A stretch of DNA of 64,000 nucleotides from an uncultured archaeon (GTDB taxonomy: Archaea > Asgardarchaeota > Thorarchaeia > Thorarchaeales > Thorarchaeaceae): NCBI GenBank assembly GCA_964473825.1, contig CAYYQL010000001.1, positions 32,001 through 96,000 on the forward strand, read 5' to 3'. Positions 1-11,228 of this stretch are shown one piece after another (within the stretch, counting starts at the first letter, position 1; every line of letters starts with the position of its first letter). Both the position numbers and the translations under genes were made by a program. The notes under the pieces are model-generated. The model was not told the DNA's origin, ran no database searches, and saw only the letters and a list, made by a program, of their open reading frames with translations.

Positions 1-99
1 TTGAGAAGAGGCCAGAAGAATGTGTCATGCATACGATGTAACAGATGTCTGGGCCCTGAAGTATTCGGCAAAGAGATGCTGAAATGTCACATAGACTAG
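1..99 (+). CDS. 3' end of a gene truncated by the window edge; probably NADH:flavin oxidoreductase (OYE-like)
   Basis: Frame 1 reads ...VSCIRCNRCLGPEVFGKEMLKCHID*; CIxCNxC is the usual C-terminal motif of this family. Confidence 0.5.
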   Translation: MRRGQKNVSCIRCNRCLGPEVFGKEMLKCHID

Positions 100-144
100 G
101 GCATCCAAGAACGGATAGAGGCGCAGGAAACTCGCTTGAGCAAA

Positions 145-528
145 CTACCTCCGATGCAATACTCTGAACCATGTGTATAATGACATGGCGAAGAAGAAAT
201 CCGCCACAATACTGAATCCACCACCAACCGTGCTGAAACCAATCAGTCCTTGACTCAGACTCTGGATCAAATAGTGTATAGACCACGCTGTCCCCATTAC
301 GGCAAGAACAACACCCACAATGACAAGACGGCTGTCAAGAACGAATAGTCCAATCAGTAGGATGATGCTGAATCCCACGATCTGGATGATGAAGACAGTC
401 GATTCAGAAACATCAAGACTTGTGATCAGCCCTCCTATGTAGTAAAAGAGCAGGCCAAATATTGGAAACACCCGTAGAAATTTCTGCAAACCATCCGACG
501 TTACTGATTCTTTCATCTCGAACACCAC
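145..528 (-). CDS. Hypothetical 4-TM membrane protein
   Basis: 127-aa ORF with four hydrophobic segments. Confidence 0.75.
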   Translation of the reverse strand: MVFEMKESVTSDGLQKFLRVFPIFGLLFYYIGGLITSLDVSESTVFIIQIVGFSIILLIGLFVLDSRLVIVGVVLAVMGTAWSIHYLIQSLSQGLIGFSTVGGGFSIVADFFFAMSLYTWFRVLHRR

Positions 529-678
529 TCATCACTTAACAGGATTCTAGGTGACATATACACGACCCACTTCTGCTTAAATCTGCTTCTTGTTGTTCTC
601 TAGAATTCGTTGACCATAGCCTTTAAATCCTCAATGCTATGCGGTCTGTTCATAAGACCCTAAGGGAGACAGACCAAA

Positions 679-1071
679 TTGTGGTTCGAGATTACAATGG
701 TTCCATTGATCCTGTTGCTTGTGCTCTTCCTCATCTTCTTCATCGTCCAGGAAGGATCGAAATGGCAGAAACACAGACATCTCGGAGTGTTCGCTAGATT
801 CATTCAGACTAGTCCTCGCCGAGGTTTCTTGACCTTTTTCATTCTGACTATTCTGATAATTCCTTCCACACTCATGGTCCTTCACGGCTGGTGGTTAGAC
901 CAACTCGCAGGACCTGGAATGCCTAGCACACAGGTGCCCATCGTCAATACGCTTCTTATCCTTATTATCCTCCTAGCCGCAACAATTCCCGTCATGTGGG
1001 GCAGCTTCAGAACTTGGCGTCAAGCAGTGAGGAGTTCAGCGGACATGCGGGTCAGAACTACATCCGATTAG
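679..1071 (+). CDS. Hypothetical 3-TM membrane protein
   Basis: 130-aa ORF with three hydrophobic segments; TATA-like TTTAAA and GGGAG upstream. Confidence 0.75.
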   Translation: MWFEITMVPLILLLVLFLIFFIVQEGSKWQKHRHLGVFARFIQTSPRRGFLTFFILTILIIPSTLMVLHGWWLDQLAGPGMPSTQVPIVNTLLILIILLAATIPVMWGSFRTWRQAVRSSADMRVRTTSD

Positions 1072-1420
1072 TAGTAGATATCAAAGCTTTCGAAGTGGTC
1101 CCCTCGGGGATCACTTTTCCTTCAATCTTGTCGTCTAGTCATCACGTTCTACTGCTTCATTGCAGGATGCACAATCTAGGACACAAGAGTCACATATGTC
1201 CATTCGACGGCCATGGGACAGTTCTGCGGCACCCATGGAGCGACAGGTTAGCCCGGTCTCAAGTGACTGTAAGTATGGTGTATGACTCCACCAGTTGTCT
1301 CGTCCAGTAATCTGCTTCACTTCTAGGTTTCACAAGTATGGCAAAGAATACTCTGAGCTGTTGTAGACTTGAATAACGAAAGATTGATTAACTATTGTTA
1401 TTGATACACCCTGAGTGAAC

Positions 1421-3520
1421 ATGACTTCAGAGAAAGAAGCAGAATCTGGAAACCGCTTGGCTGGAGAGAGTAGCCCTTATCTTCTCCAACATGCAGATAA
1501 CCCAGTCGATTGGTATCCATGGTCGGAGGAGGCCTTCGAGCAGGCACGAAGAGAGAACAAGCCGATTTTCTTGTCAATAGGTTACTCAACCTGCCATTGG
1601 TGTCACGTTATGGCTCACGAGTCATTCGAAGACGATGGTGTTGCTAGCCTCATGAATGAAAGCTTCATCAATATCAAGGTGGACCGAGAAGAGAGACCAG
1701 ATATCGACAAGGCATACATGAAAGTGGCGCAGATGATGACGGGGAGAGGTGGTTGGCCCCTTACAATCATCATGACACCGGACAGGGAGCCCTTCTTCGC
1801 AGGAACATACATACCAAAGAACAATCGATATGGGCAGATTGGACTAGAGTCACTCATACCAAAGATCAAGGAACTGTGGGACAATGATCAGAACAATATC
1901 CAAGAGGTCATAGCCAGAATCAAGTCAGCTCTCCAACGAGACCTGCAAACAAGCGGAGGTTCTATGCCCAGTGAACGACTAGTAACTCAAGCTGTATCAG
2001 CTCTCGCTACGCGGTTCGATGATGAGAGAGGTGGATTCGGGAGAGCTCCCAAATTCCCATCCCCCCACAACATTCTCTTGCTTCTTAGACACTGGAAAAA
2101 CACAGACGAAACCAGCGCACTGAAGATGGTCGAGAAGACACTCCGAGAGATGCGGAGAGGAGGCATCTTCGACCAAATTGGAAAGGGATTTCACCGTTAT
2201 TCTACGGACAACGAATGGCTTGTCCCGCATTTCGAGAAGATGCTCTATGACCAAGCTATGATGATGATCGCTTATGTGGAGGCATACGTGGCTACTGGAA
2301 ACCGAGTGTATGCTGATGTAGTGGATGAAATTGCAGCCTATGTAAGTAGAGAGCTTAGAGATGAGAAGGGTGGTTTCTTCTCGGCCCAGGATGCCGACTC
2401 TGAAGGAGAAGAGGGCAGATTCTATGTCTGGGAATATGAAGAGATTGAGTCGCTCTTGGAACCAGAGGAAATGAAGGTCTTCGTTGAAGCATACAACATC
2501 AGGCCGGGTGGAAACTTCAGGGACGAGTCCACTGGTAAGAATACAGGCAAGAACATTCCACATCGCTCACGTGGGATTGATGGAGTTGCAGAAAGACTGT
2601 CCAAGTCCCCAGAAGAGGTCACCCATCTTCTAGAGAGCGCAATATCCACACTGTTCAAATCTCGAGAAGAGAGGATTAAGCCGCATCTTGACGATAAGAT
2701 CCTCACAGACTGGAATGCTCTCATGATAGCGGCTCTGGCAATGGCAGGACGATTCATTAACGACCGGTATACCTCGCTCGCCACTGAAGCCATAGAATTT
2801 GTTCTCACGCATCACCAACGTCAAGGCAAATTGTTGCATCGTTATCGAGACGGTGAAGCCGGCATCCCTGGCTTTCTCGATGACTATGTTTTCTTGACTT
2901 GGGCCCTTATTGAGCTCTATCAGACAACATTCGAAACGGAGTATCTCAAGGAGGCCATCCGTCTACAAGACATTACCAATGAAGAATTCTGGGATCAGGA
3001 CGCGGGTGGATTCTTCTTCACTGGAAAGAATTCTGAAGAGCTCATTACACGAGAGAAGAATGCATACGACGGAGCCATCCCTTCAGGAAATTCGATTGCT
3101 GCGCTCAACCTAATCAGATTGTCGCGGCTTACGGGCAAGACGGAATTTGAAAGCTACTCAGAAGGAGTCTTCAAGGCATTTGCCTCCGACCTTGAAGCTG
3201 CACCTGGAGGCTACTCCATGATGATGGTCGCTCTGCAGTACATGACCCAGCAGTCATTAGAGATCGTCATCGCAGGAGATCCCGAAGACGAGCGGACCAT
3301 GGAAATGATAGAAGTCATTCGCAGTGCCTATCTGCCCCAATCTGTTGTCATTCTGAAAGGCGACCAAAGACAAATCAAGGAAATAGACAGGTTGGCTTCC
3401 TATGCTCGATTCTATAACGAAGTCGATGGAAAGCCGACTGCCCACGTCTGTATTGACCACAACTGCAAACTACCAACCCATGACATCGAGAGAGTGAGAG
3501 AGCTGCTTCGAATCACCTGA
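1421..3520 (+). CDS. Thioredoxin domain-containing protein, YyaL/SSP411 family
   Basis: [43 protein letters not shown] and DDKILTDWN motifs. Confidence 0.95.
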   Translation: MTSEKEAESGNRLAGESSPYLLQHADNPVDWYPWSEEAFEQARRENKPIFLSIGYSTCHWCHVMAHESFEDDGVASLMNESFINIKVDREERPDIDKAYMKVAQMMTGRGGWPLTIIMTPDREPFFAGTYIPKNNRYGQIGLESLIPKIKELWDNDQNNIQEVIARIKSALQRDLQTSGGSMPSERLVTQAVSALATRFDDERGGFGRAPKFPSPHNILLLLRHWKNTDETSALKMVEKTLREMRRGGIFDQIGKGFHRYSTDNEWLVPHFEKMLYDQAMMMIAYVEAYVATGNRVYADVVDEIAAYVSRELRDEKGGFFSAQDADSEGEEGRFYVWEYEEIESLLEPEEMKVFVEAYNIRPGGNFRDESTGKNTGKNIPHRSRGIDGVAERLSKSPEEVTHLLESAISTLFKSREERIKPHLDDKILTDWNALMIAALAMAGRFINDRYTSLATEAIEFVLTHHQRQGKLLHRYRDGEAGIPGFLDDYVFLTWALIELYQTTFETEYLKEAIRLQDITNEEFWDQDAGGFFFTGKNSEELITREKNAYDGAIPSGNSIAALNLIRLSRLTGKTEFESYSEGVFKAFASDLEAAPGGYSMMMVALQYMTQQSLEIVIAGDPEDERTMEMIEVIRSAYLPQSVVILKGDQRQIKEIDRLASYARFYNEVDGKPTAHVCIDHNCKLPTHDIERVRELLRIT

Positions 3521-3626
3521 CGAATCCGATAAACACAAGCGTCTATCCATACTCTTATTTTGTGAGTTCAATGCAACAGAGGGCAAGCCGTTTTGGGCTT
3601 GGACTTTGCTATGGAGAACCCTTTGA

Positions 3627-5774
3627 ATGAACCGACGACGGACGACGACCACCTTGGTTCTTGCACTGGCCATTATGATGCTCGGGCTTTTCTCACCAAT
3701 CTTGGGTACAACCCACATGGAATCCCTCCAAGGTATTGACGGCGACTTTGTCACGACTGAGAACAGCGAGTATCCAATCTATAGTATAGGAACGCTGGAA
3801 CAAATCCAAGTCATTGAATACTCCACAATATATGATGCCTTACAGGCGGTCAACGAAGGAGAGGCGGACTTGTTCGGACACAGAATACAAGCCGCGGACT
3901 ACTCAATTCTCGACGGTTTCACGGATGTCGTCAGGCAGTGGGCACACGACAAACAACAATGCTGGCTTTCACTGAATGCTAAGACGTATCCCCTGAGCTC
4001 CTATCACTTGCGGCAGGCAATTGCATATGCGATCAACAAGACAGAGATTGCCGAGCTCTCTTTCAACAATCAAGTTGATCCTGTAGACTTACCCATTTTT
4101 CTTGGAGACCCTCTCTCAGTAGAAAGAGAGGAGGGCGGGCAGTATTACAATTCTGATGTGAATGCAGCGCAATCGGTGCTGGGTCAAGGAGGCATGTTAG
4201 ATGTTGATGATGACGGATATGTGGAAGCCCCGAATGGCAGCGATTTCTCGCTGAAGCTGACATACCCCAGTGATGTTCAGGGACTGGCTGCTGCTGCAGG
4301 AATTGTCCATTCCAACCTTCATTCCGTCGGAATCAACTGCACCATGGAATCTGAGTTGAATACAATCATTCAGAGTGGACTAGAGGCCCATAATCTCAGC
4401 TACGACATGGCAATCACCACTGTGAATTTCAGCATGAGTAACCCACAATGGGGCCTCACAACTTTCCATTCATCAAGGCGGAGTGAAATAGGAGAGAATA
4501 TGGCACAGATATCTGACGGCGAGATAAACAGTGCTGTCTTCCAGTATGAAGACTCGTTCTCACTCAAAGCCAGACAAACTGCAGTGATGGACGGCATGAG
4601 AGTGATCAGAGACAGATGCCCGGTCATACCCCTCTTCAACTATCGCTGGCTCTCGGTATATAGCACTGCTAACTTCGACAACTGGCCTGATGACTGGAAT
4701 GGCGGTGCCTTTGGGGTCTGGACCCCCGTTAAAGTCACCGCGAGACCTGATAGTGACAACACCCTCCGAGTCGCAGTACTACCAGAGTATTTCACTGATT
4801 TCTTCAAGACTCCTAACCCGTTGGATTCTTCTGATACTCTTGACCACGATTGGGCGGTCATGGAGCAATTCAACCCCTATCTTCTGGTCTATGATGCTGC
4901 GGTAGTATTGTCACCTGAAAGAAAGTACGTGCCCAGAGCATCCACATCATGGGATGTCTTGTATCGCGGCGCCATATCTGATATCAGACCAGATCAGACG
5001 CGCGTGAGGTTCTATAGCGATCCAAATGCAAACTGGACAGATGAAGTCAATCTGAATAGCGAGGATTATCGCTTCACTTACAACCTATTAGTGAATCAGT
5101 CGAAGGTCGAGTATGCGAATCTGACAGCAGGACTGAAGACAACTGGAGAATTCATGGCGGGAATAACGGTTGACAGTCTCAATCCATTCTACTATAGGCT
5201 CTACTCTCAATTGCCGATTCTTCCCAGACATATCTGGGAACCTCAGAATCTTTCAATCTGGAATCCATCTATCGAAGATGCTGTTGGATCCGGGCCTTAC
5301 ATAATAACTGAGTTCACTCCGGGTTCCTCACTCACATTAGTGATGAATGGAGGGTACTATCCACTCATTGATGAAGAGCCTCCAGAACTCAACAGGTTCA
5401 ACCAGTATCCTGAAAATCCAATACCGGCTGAAAGAGTGGTCATACGGGCCTATATCAATGACCGATCGCGCATCCAAAATGTGACTCTTGAATGGACGCA
5501 TAGAGTAGGGCACTTGAATTTCACATCCTCGGCAGCCATGAATGAAACAGTGTTCGGATACTTGGGAACAATACCTTCCCGGATAACAGCCACATCCACA
5601 GAATGGGTCATCACCGCCACAGACATCTGGGGAAACACGGCTGAGATTGCATCAGGCTACTATGAACGTTCAACAAGCGAAGCCCAAAACGACAACTATC
5701 TTGTTTCTGCGGTGGCTCTAGCAGTCGGCTTCGCATCAGTTGGCATATTCTTGGTTCTTAGGAGAAAGCAGTGA
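3627..5774 (+). CDS. ABC transporter family-5 (peptide/nickel) solute-binding protein, membrane anchored
   Basis: Signal peptide; LRQAIAYAINK, GSGPY and WTD..LNSEDYRFTY motifs; C-terminal TM with basic tail. Confidence 0.85.
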   Translation: MNRRRTTTTLVLALAIMMLGLFSPILGTTHMESLQGIDGDFVTTENSEYPIYSIGTLEQIQVIEYSTIYDALQAVNEGEADLFGHRIQAADYSILDGFTDVVRQWAHDKQQCWLSLNAKTYPLSSYHLRQAIAYAINKTEIAELSFNNQVDPVDLPIFLGDPLSVEREEGGQYYNSDVNAAQSVLGQGGMLDVDDDGYVEAPNGSDFSLKLTYPSDVQGLAAAAGIVHSNLHSVGINCTMESELNTIIQSGLEAHNLSYDMAITTVNFSMSNPQWGLTTFHSSRRSEIGENMAQISDGEINSAVFQYEDSFSLKARQTAVMDGMRVIRDRCPVIPLFNYRWLSVYSTANFDNWPDDWNGGAFGVWTPVKVTARPDSDNTLRVAVLPEYFTDFFKTPNPLDSSDTLDHDWAVMEQFNPYLLVYDAAVVLSPERKYVPRASTSWDVLYRGAISDIRPDQTRVRFYSDPNANWTDEVNLNSEDYRFTYNLLVNQSKVEYANLTAGLKTTGEFMAGITVDSLNPFYYRLYSQLPILPRHIWEPQNLSIWNPSIEDAVGSGPYIITEFTPGSSLTLVMNGGYYPLIDEEPPELNRFNQYPENPIPAERVVIRAYINDRSRIQNVTLEWTHRVGHLNFTSSAAMNETVFGYLGTIPSRITATSTEWVITATDIWGNTAEIASGYYERSTSEAQNDNYLVSAVALAVGFASVGIFLVLRRKQ

Positions 5775-5782
5775 TACGACAG

Positions 5783-7267
5783 TCACTGCGAGTCTGACTT
5801 GCGAATGAAGTACACTACAGTGATTACGACAGCTGCGACCCCCACCACACCGAAGACCAAGAAAGAGCCGTATACAATGAGCGGGTTACTTGGCCAGATT
5901 TCGGCCAGAGCATTCCCCGAATCAAGCCACGCATCAGCAATGCCGAGGAGATGATAGGATATTTGTTCTAGCTCGGCCCGGTAGGTCTCAAGAACTGCTT
6001 CGAGGTCTCCAGATGAGTTGAACGAGTCAGCAAGACCTCCGAAGGTTGAGGATATCAGGCTGTCATGAATGGATAGATTCCCAATCTGAACAAGAGTTCT
6101 GTTCTCAGATAGTGCCTCGAAGTGTGGAAGGGCATTATCGGCCTTATCCAAGAAGGTGGAGATGTCTGTATCGAGGAAGAAACGGTCAATAGTCTGAAGG
6201 GCTCCTCTATAAGCAAGATACTGAAGTGTGACCTCGGAACCTAGGCCCAAGCCGATGAATTTCAGAAGTGCGGCCTTGAATGATATCTCATTGTTCATGC
6301 CATCAAAGACACTGAGGTAAGTCCTGAGGCCATCTGGCGTGATATCCCGAGCGAGAGCCCGGAATGCTTTTTCACCAAAATTCCAAAGGTAGGCACTCGG
6401 GCTTCCCGGGGCATAAACGTCTCCCACCCCCAGAAGACAGTCGCGGATGTACGGGCCCAGCTGCTCAGATACGCTTTCAGGAGCGCTGCCGTCCGGTTTG
6501 ATCAGAATCGAGATGTATTCCCTTGAAGACCAGGCGAGGTTGAGATTTGCGTAGCTGATTTCGGAATAGTTACCTCTGCCATCAACAGGATAGCCAAAGT
6601 CATCGCCGAAGGAACCAACCCCGGGGTCCAGTATCGTTGCTCTTCCAGAGGTGTCATTGTAGCCTGCAATTATGATAGCATGTCCTCCACCCGAGAGGCC
6701 ATTCTCCCTAAGGAAGTTATAATCATCGGCTGGCAGCCACAGAGGGTCAACACTCGCAATCACTGGATTCCCATCATCAATAGAATTCTTCATGAAGCTG
6801 AATGCTTCGTTTTCTCCGTCAAGCAAGCCAGCATCGATCCCCCAACTCTTGAGGAGACTCACTTGTTGGTCTATCCCTTCGATTCCTGAACTGAAGTATA
6901 CCGAGTAGTTCATACCAACAAGCTCACAGGCTAGATTCGCTGGATCAATCTGCTGGTATAATGCCCCTGGAAACATCAGGAGTGTGTCATTGTACCGGAT
7001 ATACGCAAAGGCGAACCCTATGCCAGAGAGAGCAAATAGATCATGCAACGTGATATCGGCCCCATGATATTGCATGACCGATGATGTTGCAGCCCACGCA
7101 CAGAATCCGTTGATCTCCTGCCACACGTATGGAACACCTGATATCAGTACGTCTTCTTGGGCGACAATCTGCATTGCTGGTATATCGGCCCTCACATCCG
7201 AGGAATAGCTGGAAGGAAGCATCACCGCAAGCATCAGAACCAAGAACAGAACTTGAAGCCGTTTCAT
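5783..7267 (-). CDS. Secreted/anchored papain-like (C39/BtrH-like) peptidase
   Basis: Signal peptide from MKRLQVL; Q..GFCAWA, GGHAIIIAGY and ILDP catalytic-type motifs; C-terminal TM. Confidence 0.75.
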   Translation of the reverse strand: MKRLQVLFLVLMLAVMLPSSYSSDVRADIPAMQIVAQEDVLISGVPYVWQEINGFCAWAATSSVMQYHGADITLHDLFALSGIGFAFAYIRYNDTLLMFPGALYQQIDPANLACELVGMNYSVYFSSGIEGIDQQVSLLKSWGIDAGLLDGENEAFSFMKNSIDDGNPVIASVDPLWLPADDYNFLRENGLSGGGHAIIIAGYNDTSGRATILDPGVGSFGDDFGYPVDGRGNYSEISYANLNLAWSSREYISILIKPDGSAPESVSEQLGPYIRDCLLGVGDVYAPGSPSAYLWNFGEKAFRALARDITPDGLRTYLSVFDGMNNEISFKAALLKFIGLGLGSEVTLQYLAYRGALQTIDRFFLDTDISTFLDKADNALPHFEALSENRTLVQIGNLSIHDSLISSTFGGLADSFNSSGDLEAVLETYRAELEQISYHLLGIADAWLDSGNALAEIWPSNPLIVYGSFLVFGVVGVAAVVITVVYFIRKSDSQ

Positions 7268-7707
7268 CAGATGTTCGCCGCGCTCAGAGGTCACAGTGCA
7301 GACATAAGCGTGTTGATGGGACCCTAATCGTTCTTTACTACTTGGGCCATCGTTCATCATCAACAACCATGCCAAACTCTATGAGCTAGTTGAGTTCGTC
7401 AAGAAGGGAATCCTCAGGGATTTCATTCGTTTCAGAGAACGCTCCGTCCCCGGTACTTCTTTGTTGGAACATTCTTCACAACTGTGACGCCGCATACTTC
7501 CTTTCATCGTTCTCCATCCCAATTGGACTATTTGACCACATGATTGCTTCTATCGTCATCTTGGGTGGAATCATCTTCAGCTGGCTTGAAACCTATCGAC
7601 TATGGCAGTTGAGATATCATTAGCATAAGCAGGGTCGCTGGACCGTGTCTCAAAGACAAGACTTATCGCGGATATCTCTGGGCTTTTATTTCAGGACTGA
7701 GTGTGAA

Positions 7708-8790
7708 TTGAACTACCATATCGTGCTCACGAAGAGGTGCAATCTCAACTGTACTTACTGCCTTGAGGGTGAGGAGGATATGGCGGATACCGAGATTCGG
7801 TACTCGATGGACCAGCTAGCGGAATTCCTTGACCAAGATGAGAATCTACAACTCATGTTCTACGGGGGAGAACCAACCCTTCGGATCCCTCTTATGATGG
7901 AAATCATGGACCGATTCGAAGAAGCTAGATTCATGCTGCAGACCAACGCACTCCTTCTTCACAAGATTCCTGAGGAATACATCCGGCGCATGCATTCAAT
8001 CCTTGTGTCAATCGATGGCACAAAGGAAACCACAGACCTCTATCGGTCAGCTGGTGTATACGATAGGGTCATCAAGAATGTTCGCTGGCTGCGAGCTATC
8101 GCGTACGAGGGAGATGTGGTGGCTCGGATGGCGGTGTCGGAAGAAAGCGATATCTTCAGAGATGTGACTCATCTCCTCAAACTGGAAGACCCCCATTTCG
8201 ATAATGTGCACTGGCAACTCAATGTGGTATGGGATGCTGAAGGAAACTGGACAGACTTCGATGGCTGGCTGAGAAACTCCTACAAGCCGGGACTGGAAAG
8301 ACTGGCGGAGTACTGGGCGAAGAAGATGCACTCAGGGAAGGTACCGGGGATTGTGCCCTTCCTACCTACCATGTATACCATATTGACTGGCACGAAGACC
8401 AGACTGAGATGCGGGTCCGGAATAGACACCTTTGCCATTCATCTGGATGGAAGTATCGGTGTGTGTCCTATATCCCCTGACTGGGACTTCTCTATTGTAG
8501 GACACATATCCAGAACACGGCCCCAAGACCTTGAGAACATCATGCAGATAGAAGAGCCATGCCCATCCTGCGATATTTATGACATCTGTGGAGGACGGTG
8601 TCTCTTTGCAAACAGACAGAGACTCTGGGGCGAGGAAGGCTTCAGAAAGGTATGCAGTACTGTTGAACATCTTGTAGATGTCCTCAGAGATTCAGAAGAA
8701 CAAATACGTGAACTCATAGAACAAGGTGTTGTAAGTCTCGCAGATTTCCGGTATCCTGAGTACAATAACGGTTGTGAAATCATTCCTTGA
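7708..8790 (+). CDS. Radical SAM/SPASM protein, TIGR04084-like
   Basis: CNLNCTYC, FYGGEP, CPSC..CGGRC SPASM cysteines, terminal NNGCEIIP; start uncertain (7645 or 7708). Confidence 0.9.
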   Translation: MNYHIVLTKRCNLNCTYCLEGEEDMADTEIRYSMDQLAEFLDQDENLQLMFYGGEPTLRIPLMMEIMDRFEEARFMLQTNALLLHKIPEEYIRRMHSILVSIDGTKETTDLYRSAGVYDRVIKNVRWLRAIAYEGDVVARMAVSEESDIFRDVTHLLKLEDPHFDNVHWQLNVVWDAEGNWTDFDGWLRNSYKPGLERLAEYWAKKMHSGKVPGIVPFLPTMYTILTGTKTRLRCGSGIDTFAIHLDGSIGVCPISPDWDFSIVGHISRTRPQDLENIMQIEEPCPSCDIYDICGGRCLFANRQRLWGEEGFRKVCSTVEHLVDVLRDSEEQIRELIEQGVVSLADFRYPEYNNGCEIIP

Positions 8791-8817
8791 GTCTGGGAAC
8801 GATGCCTACAGCGACCT

Positions 8818-9363
8818 CTAATAGTCATCCTCGATGATCGCTTCTTCCTCTAAGTCTTTCTCCATAACGACAATCTCTTCACCGGCCCGCTCATGGCGGC
8901 TTTTCTCTTCGTATCCCAGTTTTCTGTAGAAGTCAATCTGCGGATCAATTGCACCATAGACCTCTAGCTCAATAGATCTGGCGTTGTTGGAACTCAAAAG
9001 GCTCTCGGCGTAGTCCATAAGGGCCGTGCCTATGCGTCTACCCCTGAATCTCTCTCGCACAGCAACTCGGCTTATCACACCGAGCCTCCCGCGTAGTTCG
9101 GCACGCATGGTGCCAGCGATAATGTCACCCACCAATGCCACGTAGATGTTCCCCATCTGAATGTGCCGAGCTATCTTATCCATGCCTTCCTGAAGCGCTG
9201 CGGGCGGACGACATAGCTGTTTCATGATGGGCTTGTATGCCTCCTGTATTATGTCTCTGACAACATCCACCTCATTCATTCCAGCACGACGTACCCGAAC
9301 TTCTGCATAGTTGTAGATTAGATGCACCACCTTAAAGACTGCTAAGTAATGGAGAGGTATCAC
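8818..9363 (-). CDS. GNAT N-acetyltransferase
   Basis: VAVRERFRGRRIGTALM acetyl-CoA motif and FYRKLGY; true start probably downstream of 9363. Confidence 0.85.
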   Translation of the reverse strand: MIPLHYLAVFKVVHLIYNYAEVRVRRAGMNEVDVVRDIIQEAYKPIMKQLCRPPAALQEGMDKIARHIQMGNIYVALVGDIIAGTMRAELRGRLGVISRVAVRERFRGRRIGTALMDYAESLLSSNNARSIELEVYGAIDPQIDFYRKLGYEEKSRHERAGEEIVVMEKDLEEEAIIEDDY

Positions 9364-9417
9364 AACGACATAAACTATTTGGAATAGAACCCCTAGGAGC
9401 TACTAGTGATTGTTCCC

Positions 9418-9899
9418 ATGTCGAGGATATGCGTAAGAAAGGCAACAAAGCAAGACCAGCAATGGATTGATTGGGTTACCAGAGAGAAGTGGGTAGGAGA
9501 CTTCATTGTATCACGAGGACACAAGCATATCCCAAGCAGATTGCCCGGCCTTGTTGCCACAATAGATGAAAAGCCATGCGGTCTGCTCACTTTCCATGTC
9601 ATTGATAATGAATTTGAGATTGTGACTCTGAACAGACTCCAAGAGCGAAGAGGCATCGGCAAGGCTCTGGTCAGAATGCGATTAAGGCGGCAGAGAAGAG
9701 GGGTTGCAGGCGCGTGTGGCGGATAACCACAAATGACAATACTGATGTGATGCGGTTCTACCAGAAGCTCGGCTTCCGTTTCTCAGTGATACATCGCGAC
9801 GGAATCGTACAGGCTCGAAAGCTGAAACAGTCTATTCCACAATACGGGCATTCGGGGATAAGAGTCGTTGATGAAGTCGAAATGGACTACCGAGTGTAG
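9418..9899 (+). pseudogene. Frameshifted GNAT acetyltransferase
   Basis: ERRGIGKALV in one frame continues as NAIKAAEKRGCRRVWRITTNDN...FYQKLGF in another; shift near 9673. Confidence 0.75.
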
Positions 9900-9973
9900 C
9901 CTTCTCGCAGATGGCTTGTGAAGACGCTTAGCTTAATTAGGGAAAAGGCCTGAATATGAGAGGAGATACAAAC

Positions 9974-10126
9974 ATGACCGAAGATGAAAGAAACGAAGAA
10001 GAGATACTAGAGTCACAGAAGCTCTCATCCAAAGACAAACAAGAGATCCAAGAGGGTCTCTGTGTCAACTGTGCTGTGGTGATGTTCATCTTCATGATCA
10101 TAGCTCTCACTACATTTGTGCTGTGA
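9974..10126 (+). CDS. Small tail-anchored membrane protein (50 aa; not in ORF track)
   Basis: AGGAG RBS; MTEDERNEEEILESQKLSSKDKQEIQEGLCVNCAVVMFIFMIIALTTFVL*. Confidence 0.65.
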   Translation: MTEDERNEEEILESQKLSSKDKQEIQEGLCVNCAVVMFIFMIIALTTFVL

Positions 10127-10144
10127 CGTGGAAGTGACGACTAG

Positions 10145-10317
10145 GTGACTTTTCTTATAGACCCGCCCTTGCTGGTCACGTTCGGTTTCATCTCCTATGC
10201 GATTGGTGCTAGGCTACAGGATTGCACAGATCTTCCCATAGGTAAAATCCTGGCACTGTTCAGCACAGTCACAATAATCTTCACAAGCACTTCTCTGTAT
10301 CTGAACCTCTGGTACAT
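10145..10317 (+). pseudogene. 5' half of host membrane-protein gene disrupted by the element
   Basis: MTFLIDPP...LYLNLWY ends at the left direct repeat and joins in frame to the 26552 ORF. Confidence 0.85.
10308..10317 (+). repeat. attL core TCTGGTACAT
   Basis: Identical to 26544-26553. Confidence 0.9.
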
Positions 10318-10523
10318 AGCAGACAATTCCCTCTCAATATGTAACGGATAATGCCCTTTAGAGATATCATTGCGATATTTTGTGTAGATTCTACCCCCAC
10401 CCCCGTGATATATATCTCACTGAGCTCTCCGGATACCTGGTCCCTCAACTCGTTGGTAAAAGCAGAGAGCATGTCTGAGATGTTCTTGAGGAGTGCTCGG
10501 CGAGGACTCCTATAGGGAGTGGT

Positions 10524-10841
10524 TCAGTCCAGAACGTGAGAGTCGCCCATGTCAGACTCTTCTGACTTGGAGGATGCCTTGAGATGACTGATACGCGCAA
10601 CAAAATCGATATCACGGAGGAACTGAAGAACGCAGTTCTCGAACTGGTTGGCAGTTTTCTTCGTGAGGCCCGTTCCATGTGCTCTAGCGACGAGGAGTTC
10701 TATCGAGTGATCGACTGGCTGATCTCGCGCGATAAGAAGTGACTCGTTGGTAAGAAGAGAGGTCTCCTTGTCTGATGTTGCTGGGTAACTAGCGGCCAAC
10801 AGCTCGAGGGCTAGTTGCAGGGTAACGACTCGAGAATGCAT
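10524..10841 (-). CDS. Hypothetical protein (tentative)
   Basis: 105-aa ORF with no recognisable motif; overlaps repeat copies. Confidence 0.3.
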   Translation of the reverse strand: MHSRVVTLQLALELLAASYPATSDKETSLLTNESLLIARDQPVDHSIELLVARAHGTGLTKKTANQFENCVLQFLRDIDFVARISHLKASSKSEESDMGDSHVLD

Positions 10842-10847
10842 CCCTCC

Positions 10848-10867
10848 GAGTTGGCGCCCGCCAACTC
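10848..10867. repeat. Palindrome GAGTTGGCG-CC-CGCCAACTC (also 11636-11653 and 14846-14863)
   Basis: Inverted repeat read directly; two of the three copies overlap the 14-bp motif. Confidence 0.9.
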
Positions 10868-11228
10868 TCTGAGTCTTCTCTCTACGAGACTAAATAGTAC
10901 CGAGGACCTAGACCACTTGGACCACCTAGACCGGAGAGTACTCATGCTCAAGGAGATCTCATCTGAGACTGCCAGTTACCAACGAGTGAGAAGTCCGCCG
11001 TTTCTGAGCAGATAGGTATAGCTGAACCCATTTCACGGGGATAAAAATGCATGGGCCTCTCATTGGTAAGAATGCCCTTGAGAGCGTCTCTGAGACTCGG
11101 CCAATCATCAAGAGTCCTGTAGTCTGGTTCCTCACCCGGTAGCTGAGTCGTCTTCTGTGGTGCCGAGAGCGTGATTTGACCTCCTTAATAGTCCTGTAGA
11201 ATCACCTTTTGATAGGACTGTGCTGATT

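Noticed and set aside
10777-10826. GTTGC(T/A)GGGTAAC resembling a eukaryotic RFX X-box
   Set aside because: Better explained as degenerate copies of the local motif; no RFX-like protein recognised
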